Below the pieces are notes generated by a model. It was given only the letters and a program-made list of their open reading frames with translations. It made no database searches and was not told the origin of the DNA. Shown in pieces: positions 14,837-21,969 of a stretch of DNA of 64,000 bases. The translations under genes were made by a program, and so were the position numbers. Numbering within the stretch: the stretch's first letter is position 1; each line of letters opens with the position of its first letter. Origin of the DNA: Clostridia bacterium (GTDB lineage: Bacteria > Bacillota > Clostridia > Oscillospirales > CAG-272); assembly GCA_017621475.1 (NCBI GenBank), contig JAGATA010000031.1:1929-65928 (forward strand), written 5' to 3'.

Positions 14837-16411
14837 TCAGTTTACTTTTTTGAGGTATTCGATGTAATCCTTGCAAATGCTCATTGCGTTCTTGCCGAAG
14901 AGCTTATCAAGGTATGTGGAGAATTTTGTGAGTTCTTCTTTCATAAATCCAAGGCTCAAGGACTCGAATTTACGCAAAACTTTCTTTGCTACCATAAAGT
15001 CAACGGCTTCTATTTCCGTACCGCCGCAGGCGATGTAGCAAGGAACATAATCTTTAAGCTGTTTCATAATACGGTTACCGAAAGCAAGACGGAAATTCGC
15101 GATAAGATATTCGTTCATCTGCTCGAGCTTCGCCATTGTATCTTCGGAAACAGTATAATTTTCTTTTGCTTCCTTAAACATTGCATTAAGGTGGTCTGTG
15201 GAAATTGTGATAGCTTCTGTTTCCTCTGCTTCAAAAGCATCCGCACGGGTATCAAGGTCGATCGGAATAGCACGGTCATAAACCTTATCGGCAACGGCGA
15301 AGGTAGAGTCGTCGTTGTTGATAGTACCGATGAACCATACGTTGTTCGGTATCTGAACCTTACCGTTTTCGATAAGGCAGGGGTCGTTATCCCACATAGC
15401 GGAAACGATGTCTATAAGCCATTCTTCCTGGCGGGGCATTTCGAGGATGGAGAGCATTTCCGCGAAGTAATATTCAACGCGGGCGATGTTCATTTCATCG
15501 AGAATTATGAGGTTGGGGTCTCTGTAATAGTTGGATTCGTAAATTGTACGAAGGAAATCTGTTTCGGTATATTTTTTTGTAAATTCGTTGAAGTAACCGT
15601 AAAGCTCCGTACGTTCACGCCAAGCAGGCTGAACGGAAACAACGGTGGAGTCTTTCTGAACAAACTTACCGAAAGCGTACGGCAAGGACGTTTTACCTGT
15701 ACCGGAAATACCCTGCAAGATAATGATTCGCGCCGTACCGAACGCGGCTATAAAGTGTCTTATAAGCTTGAGCTCATAGTAAAGATGGAGCTTCGATGCC
15801 GCAAAGTTGCGGAAGCGTTCGCAGAACTGAGGTAGGGTTATGTCGTTATCGTAAACGGGATATTGATATTCCGTCTTGTAAAAGTTATCCACAGAAGTAA
15901 GGCGGAAGAAGCGGCTCGTTGTGGGGTCAACACACGGAGAGAGAGGTGTGTTGCGGTTGGGGTTTGCGGAGGAAAACTCTGCTTCCTCCCCTTCCTTTTC
16001 TTCTTCGGGAAGTTCCGCTTCGCCGGGCTTGCCGCCAAGCTCTGCCAAGCGCATTGCAAGAAGCTTATCTTTTTCGTAATTTGCACGGATAAGCTCTCTC
16101 TGCAAGTTTTTGACCTGCTTTTCCATTTCCTCAAACTTTTTAACGGGAACGCGGAAACGGAATACGCGGCGCAAAAGCTTCACAAGAAGTATCACCAGCA
16201 CGATTATCAGCGCAATGAGCGCGATGTTCGCAATAAGGAGAAGTATCCAGTCCGTTCTCGTGAACTCGCTTTCGTTCGCCTTGATGATCTCCATTCTGCC
16301 GGGGAAGTTCAGCAAGCGCACCAAGAAATCCCATATCGCGCCGAATATATCAAGGAAGGCGTAAAACACCATCCCTATATCCTGAATAAAATATCGCAAA
16401 AAATTATCCAT
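14837..16411 (-). CDS. Membrane-anchored McrB-family (AAA_5) AAA+ NTPase, probably a GTPase (524 aa)
   Basis: AGAGGAG RBS 7 nt before ATG 16411 (track TTG 16417 less likely). N-terminal TM WILLLIANIALIALIIVLVILLV, short coiled coil and an acidic linker. Then Walker A ILQGISGTGKTS, Walker B LIILDEMN with ARVEYYFAEMLSILE, FIGTINNDDST (NxxD-like) and DKVYDRA. This is the motif set of McrB-type NTPases. Confidence 0.7.
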   Translation of the reverse strand: MDNFLRYFIQDIGMVFYAFLDIFGAIWDFLVRLLNFPGRMEIIKANESEFTRTDWILLLIANIALIALIIVLVILLVKLLRRVFRFRVPVKKFEEMEKQVKNLQRELIRANYEKDKLLAMRLAELGGKPGEAELPEEEKEGEEAEFSSANPNRNTPLSPCVDPTTSRFFRLTSVDNFYKTEYQYPVYDNDITLPQFCERFRNFAASKLHLYYELKLIRHFIAAFGTARIIILQGISGTGKTSLPYAFGKFVQKDSTVVSVQPAWRERTELYGYFNEFTKKYTETDFLRTIYESNYYRDPNLIILDEMNIARVEYYFAEMLSILEMPRQEEWLIDIVSAMWDNDPCLIENGKVQIPNNVWFIGTINNDDSTFAVADKVYDRAIPIDLDTRADAFEAEETEAITISTDHLNAMFKEAKENYTVSEDTMAKLEQMNEYLIANFRLAFGNRIMKQLKDYVPCYIACGGTEIEAVDFMVAKKVLRKFESLSLGFMKEELTKFSTYLDKLFGKNAMSICKDYIEYLKKVN

Positions 16412-16445
16412 TGCCAAACTCCTCTTTGTTCTCTATCGGAGGCTC

Positions 16446-17300
16446 TTACTGCTCCGTTTTGTCTTTGTTTTCGTCTTTATTCTCGGCATCCGTCGCGTTC
16501 TGCTTTGCGATATCTGCCATAAGCTCTGCTTTGAGCTTCTCGCGCAATTCGGCTTCTATCGCCGCCCTACGAATTTCGTCTCTTTCTTTTTCGTCTTTGA
16601 TCTGTGTTTCAATGAGGTCTTCCGTTCTGCCTCTTTCCTGCTCGTACTTGATGAGCATCTTCACGTTCTGGTACTCAAACAAAACGCGGAAGAACTGTAC
16701 AAGGTGGAATATGAAGAATATAAGCACGGGGATGATAACAAGAAGGAAGAAGCCCGTGGACGTCTGGAGGTAGTCAACCACTTTGCCAAGACCGGGGATA
16801 CGCATTCCCGTCCATTTGCCGACAACGTCGGCTGCGTGGACGTTGTTATAGTCGGCGGTTCCTGCTTTATCGCCCGATGTCTGGAAGGATGTGAAGTTGT
16901 TTATGCTTTCGGGGTAAATAGCCGTAATTCTATGGGTGTTAAGGATAAGCTGGCCCTGTTCATTTGTCCAGAAAGTGATAACATCACCAACCTTGAGCTT
17001 TTCAACTTCTTCGTTGTTTTTGATAGTCGTATCGATAATAAGGTCTCCCGGTTTAAGCGTAGGGTACATAGAGTCCGTCTGAATAGAAAGGAAGCTTATG
17101 CCGAAAATGCTGGGAATTCCGCTGCCGGATGTGGAAACGAAAGAAATATACGTGGAAAACGCTGCCAAAACGATTGCCACTATCAACAGCACGTTAACGA
17201 CAATGTTTATTATCTTTTTGACGTCTTTTTTGTTTTCCTTTTTGTTTGTAGCCGCGCCTGCATCCGTGGGGGCGGCGTTTGTTTCGATTTTATTTTCCAT
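16446..17300 (-). CDS. sipW: SipW-type (S26B) signal peptidase I, second paralog, with C-terminal TM and long charged tail (284 aa)
   Basis: AGGAGAG RBS. N-terminal TM IVVNVLLIVAIVLAAF. Ser box LSIQTDSMYPTLKPGDLII, His box LNTHRITAI, and SGDKAGTAD. C-terminal TM FFLLVIIPVLIFFIFHLV, then ~85 aa of E/K/R-rich tail containing ELREKLKAELMADIAKQ. Confidence 0.75.
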   Translation of the reverse strand: MENKIETNAAPTDAGAATNKKENKKDVKKIINIVVNVLLIVAIVLAAFSTYISFVSTSGSGIPSIFGISFLSIQTDSMYPTLKPGDLIIDTTIKNNEEVEKLKVGDVITFWTNEQGQLILNTHRITAIYPESINNFTSFQTSGDKAGTADYNNVHAADVVGKWTGMRIPGLGKVVDYLQTSTGFFLLVIIPVLIFFIFHLVQFFRVLFEYQNVKMLIKYEQERGRTEDLIETQIKDEKERDEIRRAAIEAELREKLKAELMADIAKQNATDAENKDENKDKTEQ

Positions 17301-17361
17301 AACTCTCTCCTAAAAATTTTTATTATATATTTATTATGTTTTTCTCACATAAAAAATTTTC

Positions 17362-18378
17362 TTACTTAATTTCATCTTCTTCAAGGCCTGTATCGGGTTT
17401 TCTTTCGGCGTGGAATTGCACGTTTGCAAGCATCATTGCCTCTTTTCCGATTTCGTTGGTGCAGTCAACATCTTGACCTTCAAGCCAAATATATATATCT
17501 ATCTTTGCGGTGCAGTTTTTATCAAGGTCGAAAAGATGGTTGTCATCCAAAAATTCGCCGTAATCAAAAACCACAACTCCTTTTTGCACAGGATTTGTCT
17601 CCAACCAAGCGGTGGATTCCTGCCTTATAAGGCGGTCTGCGGGAACAAGACTTTCCGTGCCGTCCATACTCGGGGTCGGTTCATAATCAGTGGTATAATC
17701 GAGGTGGTTGTCACAGTTTGGCTCGTATATTATAAACAAGGGTTCTTCATCTATTTGTTTGCCATCCGGGTCGAAGCGCGTAACACGGAAACCAATTCTC
17801 ATTGCGCTTTGTGCGCCCTTGCCGCCGTTGTTGTGAATAATTTCTTCATCGTTCCAAACGGGCGTGCCGACAAGGTACGTGCCGGAATTTTCTATATTTT
17901 TGGAAAGCTCCACTTCAACGTCCTCGTCCGTGCGGGCATAAACGGTAAAAGCAACGTAATACCCTTCCGCATCCTCGCGGTTAGCGTTTTGAGCGTCGTT
18001 AAGCTCTTTGGAAATGGAAGCTATTCTGCCATCCAAACCGAAGTTTGTGGCGTAAAAGGTTTTGTTTATATCTGAATAAGTAACGGGTTTAAGCGTGGAA
18101 TTTTGCGTAAATTTTTTGTTATAGTCGAGGTGCCACCCCCAAGCTTCCTCGTCATCGGAAAGCTCCCAGGATATTTGCAAGCCGACGCTGCTGTTTACAA
18201 AAACAGCCATATCGTTTACTTTTGGAGTTTTACTCAAAGAAAACCAGGTGTATGTAGCGGTGGAGAGTAAAACAAGCAAAACAAGCATACCGTATAAAAG
18301 CTTTATAAATATGTGTCTGCGCTTTTTTTGTTTTGGTGTGGAAATTGCTTGTGAGCTCAATTTATTTTCTCCTTTCAT
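17362..18378 (-). CDS. Secreted TasA-like-motif protein, small paralog (338 aa); candidate minor fibre subunit
   Basis: N-terminus KKRRHIFIKLLYGMLVLLVLLSTATYTWFSLSKTPKV (SipW-cognate-like). C-terminal motif IDIYIWLEGQDVDCTNEIGKEAMMLANVQF. Internal block EGYYVAFTVYARTDEDVEVEL parallels ERYFAYTFYIRNDGASTVGY of the 348-aa protein. The RBS is weak. Confidence 0.55.
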   Translation of the reverse strand: MKGENKLSSQAISTPKQKKRRHIFIKLLYGMLVLLVLLSTATYTWFSLSKTPKVNDMAVFVNSSVGLQISWELSDDEEAWGWHLDYNKKFTQNSTLKPVTYSDINKTFYATNFGLDGRIASISKELNDAQNANREDAEGYYVAFTVYARTDEDVEVELSKNIENSGTYLVGTPVWNDEEIIHNNGGKGAQSAMRIGFRVTRFDPDGKQIDEEPLFIIYEPNCDNHLDYTTDYEPTPSMDGTESLVPADRLIRQESTAWLETNPVQKGVVVFDYGEFLDDNHLFDLDKNCTAKIDIYIWLEGQDVDCTNEIGKEAMMLANVQFHAERKPDTGLEEDEIK

Positions 18379-18452
18379 AGGGTTTTGCGGTGCACCGCCG
18401 TGTCGAGCAAAGACCTACACTCCAAATCAGCCTTTGCTCAAATTCGGTGTAT

Positions 18453-18484
18453 CCACCGCACAGGGCAAAAGCCCTGTGCGGTGG
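18453..18484 (-). terminator. Perfect 14-bp hairpin downstream of the 676-aa gene (possible attenuating terminator or RNA-stabilising element)
   Basis: CCACCGCACAGGGC-AAAA-GCCCTGTGCGGTGG, 75 nt after the stop at 18559. There is no clean U-tract on the minus strand (ATACACCGAATTT follows). Confidence 0.4.
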
Positions 18485-18558
18485 GTTATTGAACATTCAG
18501 TTGTTGCGATAACGCACATCTATGTATCACCGCATTTCTTGTTTAATCCGTGTAGGGA

Positions 18559-20589
18559 TTAGCCTTGGCCGCCAGCGCCTGCGCCGCCACCTTCACCGCC
18601 CTGTGCGGGGGTCTGGTTCTGAAGAGGTGCGTAAGGCATAGGTGTAAGTGTCTTGTCAGAGCTGAACTGGAGGTTAAGTGTACCAGTCATAGAAGAAGCA
18701 GCATTTGCTACCATTGTGTTGTCAACAAGGTCGCCGTCAAGGTAAACGTATGCAGAAAGACGAGTTGCTTGATTCTTTGTAAGAGCCATAATTTCAGCTT
18801 TACCGGATGTGCCGTCATCTTTCCAGCTAATAGTTTCAGTAGCTCCTTCGCCTGTTGTAGTAGTAATCTTGATACGATAATCGTGGTTTTCGCCTGTTCC
18901 TTTGTCTTCAAAAGTAAAGTTGCAAAGTCTTACATTTGCCGTTACCTCTGTACCAACTACAGCTTCATTTTCGGTATCAAGAAGACCAACAGCTACAATG
19001 TTACCCGAAGCATCCGTGAAAACGATACGAATAGCAGACATAAGTTCAAGAACATTCGCTGTTGTAAAGTCGGTTGTCAAAGATTCAAAAGTCATCGTGC
19101 TGCCGTGACCCATTGTTTCCTGAGAGCCGCCCTCTGTGTAGATACGGTTTACAGGATTTGTCTGAAGCATAAGTTTAGAGTCAGCCGCATTTGTACGGAA
19201 AGCAAGGTCAACAACATAGCCATAGAAGTCTGTGAGCTTAGGAGTAGAGCTTGTATTGGAAGAAGGTCCCTTTGCAGGAACAGCAGCGTAAATGTCATAT
19301 GAAACAGTTACTTTCGTTGTCATTCTCGCAGCCATATTATCAAGAGCCAAACCACCGTATTCAATTTTTTCGATAGTAACATCTGCGCTATACTCGCCGC
19401 AAACCTTAGCTATATTAGAATATACGCCACCGTTATCATCCAATTCAACAAGAACGCCTTGCGAGGCAACCTTACTAATAATGTCGCCTAAATTGTTTTT
19501 AACGTCATTTGCAGCATAGCCATTCAGCTTTGCACCTTCAATGTTTACAAGATCTGTATCAATCAAAACGTCTGAAACTTCATCCCAAGTTACCGCCGTA
19601 ATATCATTGTTGTGAGTAGTTTTTACTGTTGCCAATGCTGTTCCAGCATTAGTTATAGCCGTTGCATTGATTGTATATTGAGTATATGCATCTTTTACTG
19701 CTTGAGGAATTGAATTATACCAAGCCGTACCCTCAGCCATCAACGCAGAAAGTCCTTGTGTTTCCAACGCCGCCTTTGCCGTGCCATAATCATTTTCTGG
19801 CGTAGTTTGATTAGCAATAGCAAAAACTGCAACTATGTAAGCGCGTATTGCTTTTTCAATTTCAGCATTTGCTGCTCCAAGCTGTGTTATAAGGTTATCA
19901 GCGCAAGAAAGGTCGTAAGTAGTAGTACTATCCTCCGTAGCCTTTTTAGAAAGAATACTTGCAAGTGCAGAACCATTCGCCGTCAAAGACTGAGCAGCTT
20001 TTGTTTTTGCGGAATCAACAGCTGTGGAAATTTCGTATTTAGCATTACGGAAATCCATCTGTTGCTGGGACATTGTTGTGGATGTACCAATAGCACGAAC
20101 GCCGTAGTCGTCATTCTGCAAGAACGACTGTGTCTGCGTATCATACGTAGCCAATATTGTATTAGCGGTAAGTGTTGAAATTCTACCGTCAGAACCATAT
20201 GTAGGCGTAAGCAAAGGAAGCGATGCCACCTGATAATCCGTGCCGCTAAGACCAATATTCAGTCTTGACGGAAGCAAAGACACCTTAGAAAGTCCATAAG
20301 CTTCGTGATTGAGGTCAATAAGGTTACCCCAAGTAAGGTTTCTATCAACCAATGCCTTGGTGCTATCATTAACAGTAGAATCCGGAATAGTTTCAGACCA
20401 AAGCGCGATTTCAAGGTTACCGTTAGCACCTACAGCTGTGTAGATACCCGTTACTTCGGGCGCTGTGGAAAGTGTAAACCACGCGTAAGACGAAGAAATA
20501 ACCATAAAGAACGCAACCAAGAGCATAGCAACTGCTGCCATAAGTTTACTCTTGATGTTTAAAAAACTTTTTTCACGAGTTTTTTCCAT
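18559..20589 (-). CDS. Secreted TasA-like-motif protein (676 aa); candidate major fibre subunit, paralog of the N-terminal half of the 1696-aa protein
   Basis: AAGGAGAG RBS. N-terminus KSKLMAAVAMLLVAFFMVISSSYAWFTLSTAPEVTGIYTAVGANGNLEIAL. C-terminal AYVYLDGDLVDNTMVANAASSMTGTLNLQF, followed by a Pro- then Gly-rich tail ...TPAQGGEGGGAGAGGQG. Ala/Thr-rich and Cys-poor composition typical of extracellular proteins. Confidence 0.6.
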   Translation of the reverse strand: MEKTREKSFLNIKSKLMAAVAMLLVAFFMVISSSYAWFTLSTAPEVTGIYTAVGANGNLEIALWSETIPDSTVNDSTKALVDRNLTWGNLIDLNHEAYGLSKVSLLPSRLNIGLSGTDYQVASLPLLTPTYGSDGRISTLTANTILATYDTQTQSFLQNDDYGVRAIGTSTTMSQQQMDFRNAKYEISTAVDSAKTKAAQSLTANGSALASILSKKATEDSTTTYDLSCADNLITQLGAANAEIEKAIRAYIVAVFAIANQTTPENDYGTAKAALETQGLSALMAEGTAWYNSIPQAVKDAYTQYTINATAITNAGTALATVKTTHNNDITAVTWDEVSDVLIDTDLVNIEGAKLNGYAANDVKNNLGDIISKVASQGVLVELDDNGGVYSNIAKVCGEYSADVTIEKIEYGGLALDNMAARMTTKVTVSYDIYAAVPAKGPSSNTSSTPKLTDFYGYVVDLAFRTNAADSKLMLQTNPVNRIYTEGGSQETMGHGSTMTFESLTTDFTTANVLELMSAIRIVFTDASGNIVAVGLLDTENEAVVGTEVTANVRLCNFTFEDKGTGENHDYRIKITTTTGEGATETISWKDDGTSGKAEIMALTKNQATRLSAYVYLDGDLVDNTMVANAASSMTGTLNLQFSSDKTLTPMPYAPLQNQTPAQGGEGGGAGAGGQG

Positions 20590-20639
20590 TTTTGATTTTT
20601 TCTCTCCTTTTCAAAGAAATTTTTTATTACAAATTTGCG

Positions 20640-20905
20640 GGGTCGGTGTTGGAGTGCGCCGCCTTCGCAAACAGTAAACTGTTTTAGGGACTTATTATCC
20701 CCTTTACCGCAAGGGAAAGGGGACTTTAACTAGTTAAAGTCCGAGTTTTGTATCTTTTCTCTTTCGCCTCCCTCCGGGAGGGAGGTGGCACGAGCCTTTG
20801 CGAGTGACGGAAGGAGAGCGCGTGAACATCAAATTTTCACAATACTTTGATGTCGCGCAGGCTTCTCCACCGCTTCGCGGAGCCCCCTCTCGGAGGGTGC
20901 CTTTT
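20640..20905. repeat. Intergenic array of GC-rich palindromes (same family as 3906-3978 and 4380-4700)
   Basis: CCCCTTTACC-GCAA-GGGAAAGGGG (20699-20722), a perfect 22-bp palindrome GGACTTTAACTAGTTAAAGTCC (20721-20742), CCTCCCT-N5-AGGGAGG (20767-20785), and CCCCCTC-TCG-GAGGGTG near 20883-20899. Confidence 0.75.
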
Positions 20906-20922
20906 TAGAAAAGAGGTTAAGA

Positions 20923-21969
20923 TCAATAATCTTCCTCGGTCACGAGCTTGAACGTGACTTCCACGCCAAGGTGTCCGCCGATAAGATCGTTTGTGCAATC
21001 GGGGTCGTTGCCTTCCAGCCACAGAACAACTGTGTATTTATGTACCTCCTGCGGTACTACGTCCGGCACCGTTCCCGATGTTATAACGAAGTCAGATTCA
21101 AAAGGTATGGGATAGAAATAATAAAGCGGTGCGGGGAGTTCCTCCTCTGTTTCCAGCTTTTTATACTGTTCTTCGGGGTATTTTGCGTTTTCATAGAAAG
21201 GACAGGTACGGAAACCCGTATATCTGCCTCTTTCTGCCGCCTCCGCCACGACCTGCGCGCTCGGAATGACTTCGGAACCTCCGTCATCGTCCGCGTGTGC
21301 ATAGAAAGTCATTTCGCCGTCGCGGAAAAGCATGACCCAAACCGCTTCGGAAAGGTCCTTACTTTCCGAGTTTATCGCGACCTGATAATCATAGCCAACG
21401 GTGGATGCACCGTCGTTTCTTATGTAGAAAGTGTAAGCAAAGTATCTCTCCCCGTTGTGGGAACCGTCTATCATATCAACGTTTGCGGGAATATCGGTAA
21501 ACGTGGTGTCAAGGGTTCCTTCCACGGGAATACTGTAGAGATATGAGGTAGGGTTATCGAACGTTTTCGTGTCGCTTATGGTAAAGCCCTCTCGGAAAAG
21601 CTCGTTCGTTGTGTTAATTGTGAAGTGTCCCCTCATTCTTGTGATAAGGGACATAAGGAAGAATGCCGTAAGCAGCGCCGCCAGCGCCCCAAGGAGCGCC
21701 CAAAGCCATTTTCCGCGCATAAGCCAAGGCAAAAATCCCAGGAATTTTCGCTTATCGAAGTACAAACCGAGGCTGGATGCGGTAAGCTCAAAATCCTTTT
21801 TGCTTTTTAAGCCTGCCGCGCGCATTTCGCGGCGAAGCTTTTTTCTGCCGGCTTTTATCTCCTGCACCTCATTTTCGGTGAGGACGACACCGGCACGCTT
21901 CTTTTTAAAAAGCCTTTTTTGTTTCTTCTCCGCCGCGGCAGCGGACGGAGTTTGCTCTTTCTTACTCAT
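20923..21969 (-). CDS. Type-II membrane protein with long basic cytoplasmic N-terminus and extracellular TasA-like-motif domain (348 aa); candidate anchor or base subunit
   Basis: ATG 21969 overlaps the stop of the upstream HD-GYP/EAL-like gene by 8 nt. Residues 1-85 are K/R-rich. TM WLWALLGALAALLTAFFLMSLI. C-terminal motif YTVVLWLEGNDPDCTNDLIGGHLGVEVTF is shared with the 338-, 676- and 1696-aa proteins. Confidence 0.55.
   Translation of the reverse strand: MSKKEQTPSAAAAEKKQKRLFKKKRAGVVLTENEVQEIKAGRKKLRREMRAAGLKSKKDFELTASSLGLYFDKRKFLGFLPWLMRGKWLWALLGALAALLTAFFLMSLITRMRGHFTINTTNELFREGFTISDTKTFDNPTSYLYSIPVEGTLDTTFTDIPANVDMIDGSHNGERYFAYTFYIRNDGASTVGYDYQVAINSESKDLSEAVWVMLFRDGEMTFYAHADDDGGSEVIPSAQVVAEAAERGRYTGFRTCPFYENAKYPEEQYKKLETEEELPAPLYYFYPIPFESDFVITSGTVPDVVPQEVHKYTVVLWLEGNDPDCTNDLIGGHLGVEVTFKLVTEEDY

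Noticed and set aside
12992-16411. A classical McrBC type IV restriction system
   Set aside because: This is not fully excluded, but it is disfavoured. The NTPase has a TM anchor instead of a DNA-binding domain. The partner shows no PD-(D/E)xK-like motif that I can see and carries a 230-aa E/R/K helix. Both genes are translationally packed between secreted-protein and signal-peptidase genes on the same strand.
18453-18484. The string GCACAGGGCAAA inside the hairpin matches the start of the c-di-GMP-I (GEMM) riboswitch consensus, which is tempting given the adjacent HD-GYP/EAL gene
   Set aside because: The match is on the plus strand, while the flanking genes are on the minus strand. The sequence is simply a perfect palindrome. 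The second conserved GEMM half (ACGCAAAGC-type) is not present downstream in the right order, and no tetraloop-receptor architecture can be drawn.
4800-21969. Interpretation of the locus as a type IV (Tad/Com) pilus or a sortase-assembled pilus
   Set aside because: There are no prepilin-type leaders (G|FTLxE), and no PilB/PilC/TadA-type ATPase, platform protein or prepilin peptidase. There is no LPXTG or pilin motif and no sortase. The peptidases present are SipW-type, and the N-terminal motifs fit SipW-cognate signals.
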